From positions 1 to 22,548 of the forward strand of contig NW_021836791.1 in NCBI RefSeq assembly GCF_006345805.1: 22,548 nt of DNA. The letters are read 5' to 3'. The notes below the pieces were generated by a model. That model made no database searches. It saw only the letters and a list, made by a program, of their open reading frames with translations, and was not told where the DNA came from. Made by a program: the position numbers and the translations under genes. The stretch is from Octopus sinensis (taxonomy: Eukaryota). Below, piece after piece: positions 10,162 to 20,238 of this stretch. Numbering within the stretch: position 1 is the stretch's first letter; each line of letters opens with the position of its first letter.

Positions 10162-10770
10162 AAGGCGGCAAGCTGAAAGAACCATTAGCGATATTATATA
10201 GCAACGTTTCTCCCGGCCGTTTATGTTGTGACCTCAAATTCCTGCTAAGGTCGATTTTGCCCTTTATCCTTCTTAGGTCGATAAAATCGGTACCAGTTGA
10301 CTTATCCCACTCCCTCGAAATTTCAGGCCTTGTGCTTATAGTAAAATGGAAATTAAGGCTGTGAGTTGACAGAACCGTTAGCACGCCGGACGAAATGCCC
10401 AGCATCATTTCGTCCGTCACTACGTTCTGAGTTTAAATTCCGCCGAGGTTGACTTTGCCTTTCATCCTTTCGGGGTCGATGAAATAAATACCAGTCAACT
10501 ACTGGCGTCGATGTAATCGACTATTCCACTCACCTCAAATTCCAAGCCTTGTGCCTATAGTAGAAAGAATTACTTGCAGCTCTAAAGCGGTGAGCTGCAG
10601 AATCGTTAGCACGCCGGTATAAATGCTTAGCGGCATTTCATCCGTCTTTATGTTCTGAGTTCAAATTTCGCCAGGCCGACTTTGCTTTTTATCCTCTCGG
10701 GGTTCAATAAAATAAGTATCAGTCAAATTCTAGGCCTTGTGCCTAAAGTAGAAAGGGTTATTATTATTAT
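10162..10770 (+). mobile_element. Three head-to-tail SINE family A copies (~10162, ~10355, ~10582)
   Basis: Each starts aaggcgg/aaggctg/aagcggtgagctg, carries B-box-like gagtt(c/t)aaatt and ends ggccttgtgc(c/t)ta...agaaa. Confidence 0.9.
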
Positions 10771-10856
10771 TATTGTTATTGTTGTTATTATTATCATTAA
10801 TATTTTATTATTATTATTATTGTTGTTGTTGTTGTTGTTGTTATTATTATTATTAA

Positions 10857-10899
<43 letters not shown>

Positions 10900-11010
10900 G
10901 TTGTTGTTGTTGTTGTTGTTATTATTATTATTATTAATATTATTATCATTATTATTATTATTATTATTATTAATATTATTATTATTATTATTATGTTTAT
11001 TATTATTATT
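10757..11010. repeat. (ATT)n/(GTT)n microsatellite grown from the SINE A tail, with a duplicated higher-order block
   Basis: Block taatatt-(att)n-(gtt)n-(att)n occurs twice. Confidence 0.95.
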
Positions 11011-11415
11011 AAGGCGGCGAACCGGCAGAATTGTTAGCACACCGGGCGAATGCGTAGCCGTATTTCGCCTACCGTTACGTTCTGAGTTCAAATTCAGCCG
11101 AGGTCATCTTTGCCTTTCATCCTTTCGGGGTCGATTAAATAAGTACTAGTTACACACTGGGGTCGATATAAACGACTTAATCCGTTTGTCTGTCCTTGTT
11201 TGTCCTCTCTGTGTTTAGCCCCTTGTGGGTAGTAAAGAAACAGATATTTCGTCTGTTGCTAGGTTCTGAGATCAAATTCCGCCGAGGTTGACTTTGCCTT
11301 TCATCCTTTCGGGGTCGATAAATTAAATACCAGTGACACACTGGGGCGATGTAATCGACTGGTACCCTCCCCCAAAATTTCAAGCATTGTGCCTTTAGAA
11401 GAAGGGATTATTTTT
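11011..11415 (+). mobile_element. SINE family A long-tail variant followed by a second, headless monomer (dimer-like)
   Basis: aaggcggcgaaccggcagaa...cgacttaatccgtttgtctgtccttgtttgtcc...gtagtaaagaaac then tatttcgtctg...tcaaattccgccgaggttgac...gaagggattatt. Confidence 0.9.
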
Positions 11416-11906
11416 ATCATTATGTAATGAATGGGTGTTGAAAAACTAATGAAGTAAGTTCAACTAATTAAAAATATTCTACAGTGAAATAACGAAACAA
11501 CAAAAGGTTCATGTCATTGATCTGATATTAATCGTAGTCGTTCGGTTAGGCGAATTTATATTAGGAGGAGCAACGTTACGCCATTAATAGGAATGAAATT
11601 TTTACGCTGAATAAGAGTGTCTTTAGCAAAAAGCAAAAGTGATGTAAGACTAATCAACCGATTGGGACCAGTTGTTAAAAGCGGTAGAGAAAGAAAAAAG
11701 AAAAAAATGGTTCGCAAAACACGAAATATTGGTGGACTATTTGAATGAGGTTTGTAGGAGAGGACGAAAGAAATAAATCAAGATGTAATATTAATAAAGA
11801 ACATAATATATCATATACATATGAGAAATTGCGTCGGTAATATGTCTAGATTAAAATATCGAATCTAATGCTAAAGGACAAGGAAATATAGTTTTTTTTC
11901 TGTCCG

Positions 11907-12064
11907 TGTATGTATACACATACACAGACACACACACTCACAGACATGCGCACGCACACGCATGTATGTGTGTATATATATATACATATATATATGTGTG
12001 TGTGTGTGTGTGTATAATATATGTATATATATATATATATATATATGCATATATATATATATGC

Positions 12065-12130
<66 letters not shown>

Positions 12131-12135
12131 TATGT
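11907..12135. repeat. (CA)n/(TA)n microsatellite
   Basis: Direct inspection. Confidence 0.95.
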
Positions 12136-12157
12136 AGGCGGCATTTCTTCTGAAATG

Positions 12158-12223
12158 TGTGACTGAACCCGGAACCATGTGGTTGGTAAGCAAGCTTCTT
12201 ACCACACGGCAATTCCTACGCCT
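12158..12223 (-). mobile_element. SINE family B head fragment
   Basis: Reverse complement: aggcgtaggaattgccgtgtggtaagaagcttgcttaccaaccacatggttccgggttcagtcac. Confidence 0.85.
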
Positions 12224-12336
12224 ATACTTATCACACTTAACACACAGCCACTCTCGAATTAATAATTTAATAATTAAATTATTTAATTATTCAATTTATT
12301 GCTTTGGTTTCTATTTCTAATGTATATTTGTATTAT

Positions 12337-12339
12337 GTC

Positions 12340-12371
<32 letters not shown>

Positions 12372-12511
12372 TATATACATAGTATATATATATATACATA
12401 TATTATATTATATATTATATACATATTATTTATACTATATATGTATTAAAAATATATATATATATATAATATATATATATATATATTATATATGCATATA
12501 TATATATATAC

Positions 12512-12576
<65 letters not shown>
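12337..12576. repeat. Degenerate (TA)n tract
   Basis: Direct inspection. Confidence 0.95.
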
Positions 12577-12579
<3 letters not shown>

Positions 12580-13024
12580 TTGTGTTTTAACCATATCGCA
12601 CGAAGAGTTATAAGGCGGACAATTTAAACTGGTCGTGTTGCATACGTGCATATATATATATATATATATGTTTATGTTCGTATATGTAAGTATTCGTATG
12701 TTATGTGTATATATATGTGTATTTATATTACTTTCTGCGTATATTCCACTGAAGAGGCAAAGCATTTCTTATGCAAATCAGAAATTCGGGATCTGGAATT
12801 ATCCAGTAATTTTTTGCTAGTTTATTTTGTCCTTTTTGTCTTCTCTTCTGGTGCTCTATGAACATTTAATGTGCTTTTGAAGTCAGGTTTTGGCTGCTAT
12901 TACCAACGTGGCGGTATCTCTTAGATACCCTAAATTATAATTTTAATAATAATTATTACCTTTGAAGGTTTTTATTCCCATGCTGGCCACTTGATAAGAT
13001 CGATATTTAAATTAACGATCTTAT

Positions 13025-13065
<41 letters not shown>

Positions 13066-13267
13066 GCAGATGTGATGGATTCTCCGTCGCTGTGGAGGCT
13101 GAGCATCTATTCGTTCGTCCAGCTGATTTCTTACACGTGAAATTATTGTATAAGAGGATTGAATAATTTTCTGGTATGTTTTGAATCCTTAACGCCAATT
13201 CTCGCGTGGAACCAGGGTGAAACAATGTGACGCGGTTTAAACTTTGAATTACAGCTAAAATCAATTG

Positions 13268-13592
13268 AAAGTGAGAGAGGGGCTGAGAGAAAGGGAGGCT
13301 GAGAGAAGGAGGGGAGAAGGGGTGAGAGATGAAGGAGAAAAAGAAATGGAGAGAAAGAGAAGAGAGAAAGGGGAGAAAGAGAGGGAAAGAGAAGGAAGAG
13401 AGAGGAAGAGTGTTGGAAACAAAGGGAGAGAACGAGAGAGAGGGTAGAAGAGGGAGAGAGAAGGAGTGAGGGAGACAGGGAAAGAAAGATGGGAAAGAGA
13501 GGAGAGAAAGAGAGCTAGAGAGAGAGAGAGGAAGAGAGAGAGGGAAAGAGGGAGAGAGAGAGAAGGAGAAAAAGAGAGAGTGGGATAGGGAA
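13268..13592. repeat. Polypurine (GA-rich) tract
   Basis: About 320 nt that is almost entirely A/G. Confidence 0.9.
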
Positions 13593-13611
13593 GCCTCAAC
13601 ACGAGCATTGA

Positions 13612-13688
13612 ACTGGTTCTTTGTTTATCGACTTTGTAAGAATGGAAGGTAAAGTTACCTTCGGTGGGATTTGAACTCAGAGTGAAGA
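13612..13688 (-). mobile_element. SINE family A internal fragment
   Basis: ttatcgac...ggaaggtaaagttaccttcggtgggatttgaactcaga. Confidence 0.7.
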
Positions 13689-13697
13689 GGGCCAAAG

Positions 13698-13916
13698 CGA
13701 CGCTTCATCAACCAAGAAGAAGTGGAAGCTTCAAGGAAGGAATTCTTAGCTTCATAGGACAAGAACTGGTATAAGCATGGGATCAAAGAACTGGCAGAAA
13801 AGTGGCTCCAGATGGGGCAACACGATGGCCTTCACTTTGAATGCTAGGTTGCTTTTGTTGTAATTTGACGAATAAAGAAAATATATTTCCAAAATATTGC
13901 AAAACTTTTGACTCAA
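13698..13916 (+). pseudogene. 3' fragment of a mariner transposon (transposase C-terminus and probable TIR remnant)
   Basis: 13698-13847 translates as RRFINQEEVEASRKEFLAS*DKNWYKHGIKELAEKWLQMGQHDGLHFEC*, matching the mariner C-terminal pattern F....EV......FF.SK...Y..GI..L..RW......DG.YF; followed by aataaa and gcaaaacttttgactca. Confidence 0.8.
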
Positions 13917-14483
13917 AACAAGGTTTTATCCGGAGTTCAGACAATTTTGTCAATTCGTTGTCCTGATTCTAGTATAAATCTAACATGTCAAGAGAATTAG
14001 ATCGGAGCTTAATGAAATTGCTGTTGTGATTAAGTGACTAAGAGACCAATAGTCACTCCCGTTTCCCTGAGCAGCACATTAGTCCATTACAGGATTAACC
14101 CCCAGTTGTCGCCAGTAATCATTTTAGCTTCGTAACATTGTCCCTTATATTTTCGTTCAGAGATGTCTAGTAAATATATATTTGAATGAAAATATACGTT
14201 CACTGTACACTGAGGTATCTGTCACTAATATCTGACCCGAAATACTTCGTTCAAGATGTTATTCCCGTTTCCTATCATTAACTATCAATAACTGTCATGA
14301 ACTACCAGTAACTTCACAATAAATTACAACTGATCCAAAATAATTTGTGTACTTATTCTTCCTTATATACGGGTTCAAAATAAATAATTAAAAAATATAT
14401 TTTTTGCATGGAAATTGAGAAAGAAGATGTGTGTTACGAGGTTAAGCTGCTTGGACTGGAGAAACATAAAAATGTAGTACTTT

Positions 14484-14556
14484 GTTGCCGGATCGAGAAT
14501 CGAACTTATGGTTTATAGAACATGAGCCAAACAACCTAACCACTCGGCCACGCGTC
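14484..14556 (-). mobile_element. tRNA-like SINE head, family C-like, degenerate
   Basis: Reverse complement gacgcgtggccgagtggttagg...aagttcgattctcg resembles the head at 19242. Confidence 0.6.
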
Positions 14557-15504
14557 TTTCGTGGTGATGCTGATAATATCGGTTAATTAAAGTTACTGTG
14601 TTCACCACATTAAGTTTGTTAGCACTTGCTTCACTAAGTATTTTGTTAGCCTGGCACCGCGCTCAGTTCTGTTACACACACACTCGTTTAGATTTACTGC
14701 ATGTCATCGAACATCAATTATATATGCGGCTGAGATTGCGGTAGCAGTGGTGGCTGTGACGATGGTAACGGCTGCGGTGGAGTATTGGCCTTCATCTGTT
14801 GAATACTACAGAAACCGGAAATAAGCACAAGCTCTATGAATCTTTCTGATGTGGAAAGAGGAAGAAAGAAAGAAAAAGAAACACAAAGAAAAACAGAAGA
14901 AAAAGGAAAAGAAAACGAAGTTTAAGTAAGCATATTTGCGATGGTTAAGGTAAGACGTTCTGAGAAATGTTATATATTGACTTTGGAAATTGATTTTTCT
15001 TAGCGACATTTATCATCCATACAATAGAAGTCGCTCTCATATCTAATAATATTGCTGAAATATATACCGCTATTGATTCGCTTTGGGGTGGATTAATATT
15101 CATGTAAAGGGAAGCAGGGATCGAGTATGTATTAATATAATATTTAATATAAAATGTTGATGGAAGGGGAAGAAAAGGTAGCGACCTGGACATAAAAGCG
15201 TTGCAGTTGTTAACGTTGCTGCAGTTGTTGTTTTTGATATTATTAGTGTTGTTGTTGTTTAGCCCCGGGACAGCTTCGATTCAGCAAACTTTTGATTAAA
15301 AACTTTCTGGTGATGACCACCCAATCCTTTTATTATTATTATTATTATCATTATTTTTATTTTTGGGTATCATTTACGCAATGCTATCTTACGCAAATTA
15401 CTAAACTCGCCAGAAGTCTTTCTTTTTCATCCTGAATTTTGCTATGGAGCGTACCCAAAGATATTGGCTACAAATTTTTGCGCAATGCCAGCAGTTTCAA
15501 AGAA

Positions 15505-15665
15505 GGGTCCAAGTCAATTACATCGATCCCAGTGCTCAGCTGGAGCTTATTTTATCGACCCCGAAAGGATGAAAGGCAAAGTTGATCTCGGCGGTATTTG
15601 AACTCAGAACGTAAAGACGGACGAAATGACCCAAAGCACTAATGATTCCGCCAGTTTGCCTCCTT
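15505..15665 (-). mobile_element. SINE family A with internal deletion
   Basis: ttatcgaccccgaaaggatgaaaggcaaagttgatctcggcggtatttgaactcagaacgtaaagacggacgaaatg. Confidence 0.9.
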
Positions 15666-15866
15666 GGTTTGCCCAAAGATACTGGCTTGATTTAGGCACA
15701 ACTGTAAATGTAATTTCGCAGGGGCAGCAAAATGTAGAGTAACCAACCCAGTATATTGAGGGGAAAGTCTTATTTTTCTGGTCTCCGACCACAACGCAAC
15801 ATGGACTTTTGGTGTAAATCGGATAGTTGGTGACTTCTTGACCTGTATAAATTTCTATTAATACCC

Positions 15867-15867
<1 letters not shown>

Positions 15868-15929
<62 letters not shown>

Positions 15930-15969
15930 TATATGTATATATATATGTATATATATGTATATATATATG

Positions 15970-16006
<37 letters not shown>

Positions 16007-16022
16007 ATAATATATATATATG
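15868..16022. repeat. (TA)n/(TG)n microsatellite
   Basis: Direct inspection. Confidence 0.95.
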
Positions 16023-16024
16023 TA

Positions 16025-16209
16025 CAGGTTGGCCAAAAGTCACCTGAACCATAAATCAAAATGTTTATAAAAGCATCTAAATATGAACATCATGAAAATT
16101 GTTCAAATTGAGTCCTTGAGTGCACATTTTCCTAAATGAATAAATAAAATTGAATATTAAATATTTGTGGAATTTTTATTTACTGTCGAGTGACTTTTAG
16201 CCAACCCTG
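16025..16209. mobile_element. Tc1/mariner-type MITE with TA TSD
   Basis: TA-caggttggccaaaagtcac ... gtgacttttagccaaccctg-TA: ~19-20-bp imperfect TIRs; TA at 16023-16024 and 16210-16211. Confidence 0.85.
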
Positions 16210-16213
16210 TATA

Positions 16214-16256
<43 letters not shown>

Positions 16257-16261
16257 TAACT

Positions 16262-16625
16262 CTCACGCGACTCTGCATCTTTCTTTCTTTCTCTCCCATT
16301 CCCTTTCGTCTTTTTTTCCCTCACTTAACTTGTCTCTTCCTCTCTCTCTCATTCTTCATTCTCTCTCTCCCTTTCACCATTCTTCATGGTCTCCTCGCAC
16401 CATTCCCCTTCTTCTCTCTCTTCCTCTTGCTCCTCCTCCCCCATCCCGTCGTCCATCTGCGACGATACTTCCGTCGTAACTGCTATCCTGTCTTTTCTCC
16501 CGCCTTGTAAGGCTACTGGTCGACACATTTTCTCTCTCTCGTCGTCCACGATAATCCAGCGTTTGCAATACTTTTTTCGTCTGCGTTAACAGCCTTCTTA
16601 TCTTGTTCTCCTTGTCCTGTCTCTC
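16262..16625. repeat. Polypyrimidine (CT-rich) low-complexity tract
   Basis: Direct inspection. Confidence 0.85.
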
Positions 16626-17048
16626 CTGTTATATATTTATTTTTCCACTGTTTATATATATATTTTTTACTGTTTATATGTTTGTACTGTCGTTACCGTC
16701 TTGCTTTTTTTTACCCCTCTGCGAAAAGATCTCAGAATTTTAATTGATTTGCTTTTCGCGGGAAGGAGTTTTCTTCGAAGTATACGTCTCGCTTTTATAT
16801 CCTTCGAACGTTTAGTAGATGAAATCTTAGCGACTGAAGAAGGGATTTTTCGTTGTGCTTTTGTCCTGTATCTCTCTTTTTTTTTTTTTTTTTTGCTTGT
16901 CTTGTTTCCTTGGTTTGTGTCTATGTGTTTCGTCTCTCTATGTGTTCGACGTCTTTTTGGTGTCCTGTACACATATATGCGTGTATATGTACATGTAGAG
17001 TAGGTACGTACATATATGTTTATATATTGCATATGTTCTATTTTATTA

Positions 17049-17088
<40 letters not shown>

Positions 17089-17324
17089 CTATTATATATA
17101 TATAATATATATATATCATATATATATATATATATTATATATATATATTATACAGAATTATTGGTGAAGGATTATTAATCCGGGCAAAATACTTCATACA
17201 CTGTCTGTTGGTACATCAGGCTAACAATATTGTTTAGATTAGTAAAGAACTTCGAGTATTCTTATGGCAGGGTCCGAGGTTACAGTTCATCATTCTATCT
17301 TATAAATCCGTGGTTGCGCTACAG

Positions 17325-17390
17325 AGGAAGACTGTAACCGCTATGGATGTCGTCTATCCTCTAAAGAGACAAGACATAAATGGCTTTGAC
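17325..17390 (+). pseudogene. Histone H4 C-terminal fragment
   Basis: Translates as [22 protein letters not shown] versus canonical H4 [25 protein letters not shown]: 15 of the first 16 residues are identical; the rest of H4 is not recognisable. Confidence 0.8.
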
Positions 17391-17529
17391 GAAAGTAGCA
17401 TTAATATTTTAGGTAATTCAACTTTCTCAACTGATCAATAGGCCAATTGAGAAACCACTCAGTAACAAACTTATAATTACTACTGGAAACAACTGTAAGC
17501 CGAAGGAAAAATATGTAATGACCATTATA

Positions 17530-17696
17530 CAGGAGTAGCTGTGTGGTAAGTAGCTTGCTAACCAACCACATGGTTCCGGGTTTAGTCCTACTGCATGGCA
17601 TCTTGGGCAAGTGTCTTCTGCTATAGCCCCGGTCCGACCAAAGCCTTGTGAGTGGATTTGGTAGACGGAAACTGAAAGAAGCCTGTCGTATATATG

Positions 17697-17729
<33 letters not shown>

Positions 17730-17937
17730 TTGTGTGTCTGTGTTTGTCCCCCTAGCATTGCTTGACAACCGATGCTGGTGTGTTTACGTCCCCGTCACTT
17801 AGCGGTTCGGCAAAAGAGACCGATAGAATAAGTACTGGGCTTACAAAGAATAAGTCCCGGGGTCGATTTGCTCGACTAAAGGCGGTGCTCCAGCATGGCC
17901 GCAGTCAAATGACTGAAACAAGTAAAGGAGAGAGTAA

Positions 17938-17940
<3 letters not shown>
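17530..17940 (+). mobile_element. SINE family B, near full-length
   Basis: Collinear with 5224-5630 and 9724-10140; shares variants gctaacc, ggcatcttgggc, tctgctatagccccgg and gcctgtcg with the 9724 copy. Confidence 0.92.
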
Positions 17941-17970
<30 letters not shown>

Positions 17971-18137
17971 TAGATAGATAGATAGGCATATGAAAGAAGA
18001 AAAAGAAAATGGGGATTGTAAAGTTAATAATTGTTTATTATTAGCAGCAAATTAATCATCTTCACTTACAGCTGTTTCAATTAATACTCAGTAGATATTA
18101 AGTAAATGTTAAAGTTACATTTTATATGATATGAGCA

Positions 18138-18225
18138 TAATATCATCAGAAGGGAAAATATATACCTTTGGATGTGTTTGTGGATTCATTATAGCAGGGT
18201 ATATTTTTCCCCCTCTGAAGATATT
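18138..18225. other. Long imperfect hairpin (pre-miRNA-like or foldback remnant)
   Basis: taatatcatcagaagggaaaatatatacct pairs with agggtatatttttccccctctgaagatatta at about 26-27 of 31 positions, with a ~27-nt loop. Confidence 0.6.
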
Positions 18226-18606
18226 ACGTTGGCATATTTGCTGACAACTCAGTTGCGATATATAAGTATCAAAATTAGTATCTATTTTCTTCGCAAAGAG
18301 TAGTTTCCATCTATAGATCTCTGGTTTATGAGTCCAGCAGCTTCCATTGCATTATTCTGATCAACGAGTGATTAAGCAAATATATAATGTATTGTTTTTT
18401 TATTCTCTACCTTATGTTACATTACTTCTATTATATTATCCATCATATGTTATTTATTTCTATGCATTTGAATGCGTCAATTGTACGAAGCATAGTAGCT
18501 ACGCAATACATGCTGGACATTTCGAGAGTCACATTTGACAAACCACATTCACGTAGATTTATGTGTTGCAAATTTTTCTGAGTGTCTCTGCATTTGTCAT
18601 TTTCAG

Positions 18607-18630
18607 ACGTGCCAGAAGCAAATCAATTCC
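18607..18630 (+). CDS. Candidate 24-nt microexon of an unidentified host gene
   Basis: Acceptor gtgtctctgcatttgtcattttcag, 24-nt frame-preserving segment open in all frames, donor CC/gtaaat; no homology or expression support. Confidence 0.3.
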
Positions 18631-19123
18631 GTAAATGTTTACTCAGTGTAGCATAGCAAAGCGAACTAGCTAGTCGCTGATAAATCTACAAGAATAATTG
18701 AAACGAATAGTCGACTCGGTTCCTTTTGTGCTATCCAAGACGAGAGCGTTAAATATGACAGACGTGGATTTATTTAATTTACGAATGCAGTGATGGGATA
18801 AAATACCCCACAGTGGACTTTAGCTTGAAAAATAAGCATTGCTAGCACATCAGTAGTTTATGCATCGAATCTCACAGCGGAAAATATATTAGATATACGA
18901 ATCGGTCTGATTTTTATAAGTGTAGCAATAGAAGGTTACACTTAGTAACAAGAGTTCGTTACGCAGGTTTTCGGTGGCAATAAGTGTATGGCAACCACTC
19001 GCTACGAAACTACAAGAATTGTTGAAAGTAACTCATATTGTCGTTCGTTCTTTTGCAGTAAATGTTAAGATTGTATATAGATGACAGCTGTAACTAAATC
19101 AAGCCAGTATCTTTGGGTAAACC

Positions 19124-19241
19124 AAGGAGGCGAACTGACTGAATTATTAAGCACGCTGGAAAAAGTGGTTTGGATTATTTCGTTAGTCTTTACGTTTTGA
19201 GTTCAAATACCACCGAGGTCGACTTCACATTTCATCCTTTC
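19124..19241 (+). mobile_element. SINE family A 5' part, truncated at a family C element
   Basis: aaggaggcgaactg...ttgagttcaaataccaccgaggtcgacttcacatttcatcctttc ends where gcgtggcctagtgg begins. Confidence 0.8.
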
Positions 19242-19558
19242 GCGTGGCCTAGTGGTTAGGGTATTCGGCTCACGATCATAAAGTTGTGAGTTCAATTCCC
19301 GGCAACGCGTTGTGTCCTTGAGCAAGACACTTTACTTTTCACTTTGCTCCAGTTCTCTCAGTTGGCAAAAATGAGTTATACCTATATTTCAAAGCGCCAG
19401 CCCTGTCACACTCTGTATCTCGCTGAACCTCCCTGAGAACTACGTTAAGGGTACACATGTCTGGGGAGTGCTAAGCCACTTGCACGTTAATTTCACGGGA
19501 AGGCTGTTCTGTTGATCGGATCAACTGGAACCCTCGTCGTCGTAACCGACGGAATGCC
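19242..19558 (+). mobile_element. SINE family C: tRNA-derived head plus CORE-like segment
   Basis: A box tggcctagtgg, B box gagttcaattccc, then gtgtccttgagcaagacacttta, which resembles the CORE/MIR gtgaccttgggcaagtcactta segment. Confidence 0.8.
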
Positions 19559-20002
19559 AGAATGTCTATATTTTATAAATGAATATATTTAATTTATGAA
19601 AAGCAGTGATAGATAAAACCTTTAGGAATATCCCATAGTAAACTTCAAAATAATACTATATTATCTAGGCTTATCATGAATATCTCAATTTTTAAGACGG
19701 TAAAGCATGATTTAAAGGAAATCTGCTTGCTATTTCTGGCAAGTCAAGTGACCATATAGTGACTTCTTTCTGTCCCTGCTGTTTTGCAGCGTTTAGTTAT
19801 GCGTTCTTTACATGGTCAGATCAAATCACACCGAAGTCGTACTTACTGTTCCTTCTTCTGGGTTCGGCCAAAATAAAAAAGGAATATGAGCTTAGCAAAT
19901 ACTTTTGACTCCTGAATTTGTGAGTCTGTAACAGTTCAAGATGTCATAGTTGATTTATTCGGGAAGCAACAAGAAAGCCTCCGTGTCGATGGTTATCAAC
20001 CA

Positions 20003-20238
20003 ATTAAGGCGGCGAGCTGACAGAAACGTTAGCACGTCGGGCGAAATGCGTAGCCGTATTTCGTCTGCCGTTACGTTCTGAGTTCAAATTCCGCCGAGGT
20101 CGACTTTGCCTTTCATCCTTTCGGTGTCGATAAATTAAGTACCAGTTACGCACTGGAGTCGATATAATCGACTTAATCCGTTTGTCTGTCCTTGTTTGTC
20201 CTCTCTGTGTTTAGCCCTTTGTGGGTAGTAAAGAAATA
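20003..20238 (+). mobile_element. SINE family A long-tail variant, complete, with 12-bp TSD
   Basis: Flanked by ggttatcaacca (19991-20002) and ggttaccaacca (20239-20250); little diverged from 11011-11240. Confidence 0.92.

Noticed and set aside
10682-11149. Poly-Leu and poly-Asn ORFs
   Set aside because: Translations of the ATT/GTT microsatellite and SINE A.
12256-12292. AT-only palindrome aataatttaa-taa-ttaaattatt
   Set aside because: Expected by chance in very AT-rich, low-complexity DNA.
13070-13173. Exon-like segment between tgcAG and G/gtatgt
   Set aside because: Stops in all three frames and no polypyrimidine tract (it is preceded by a TA repeat).
14484-14556. Possible tRNA gene (also the heads at 5224 and 19242)
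   Set aside because: A/B boxes are present but there is no complete cloverleaf, and the sequence matches SINE heads.
16721-16808. Twin small hairpins (gcgaaaag/cttttcgc; ttcgaag/cttcgaa) and a Lys/Arg-rich minus-strand ORF
   Set aside because: Stems are only 7-11 bp with no family motif; the basic composition follows from the T-rich + strand.
19935-19991. Protein-like segment VQDVIVDLFGKQQESLRVD after acAG
   Set aside because: Weak donor (gttatc), stops nearby in frame even after removing the SINE, and no recognisable homology.
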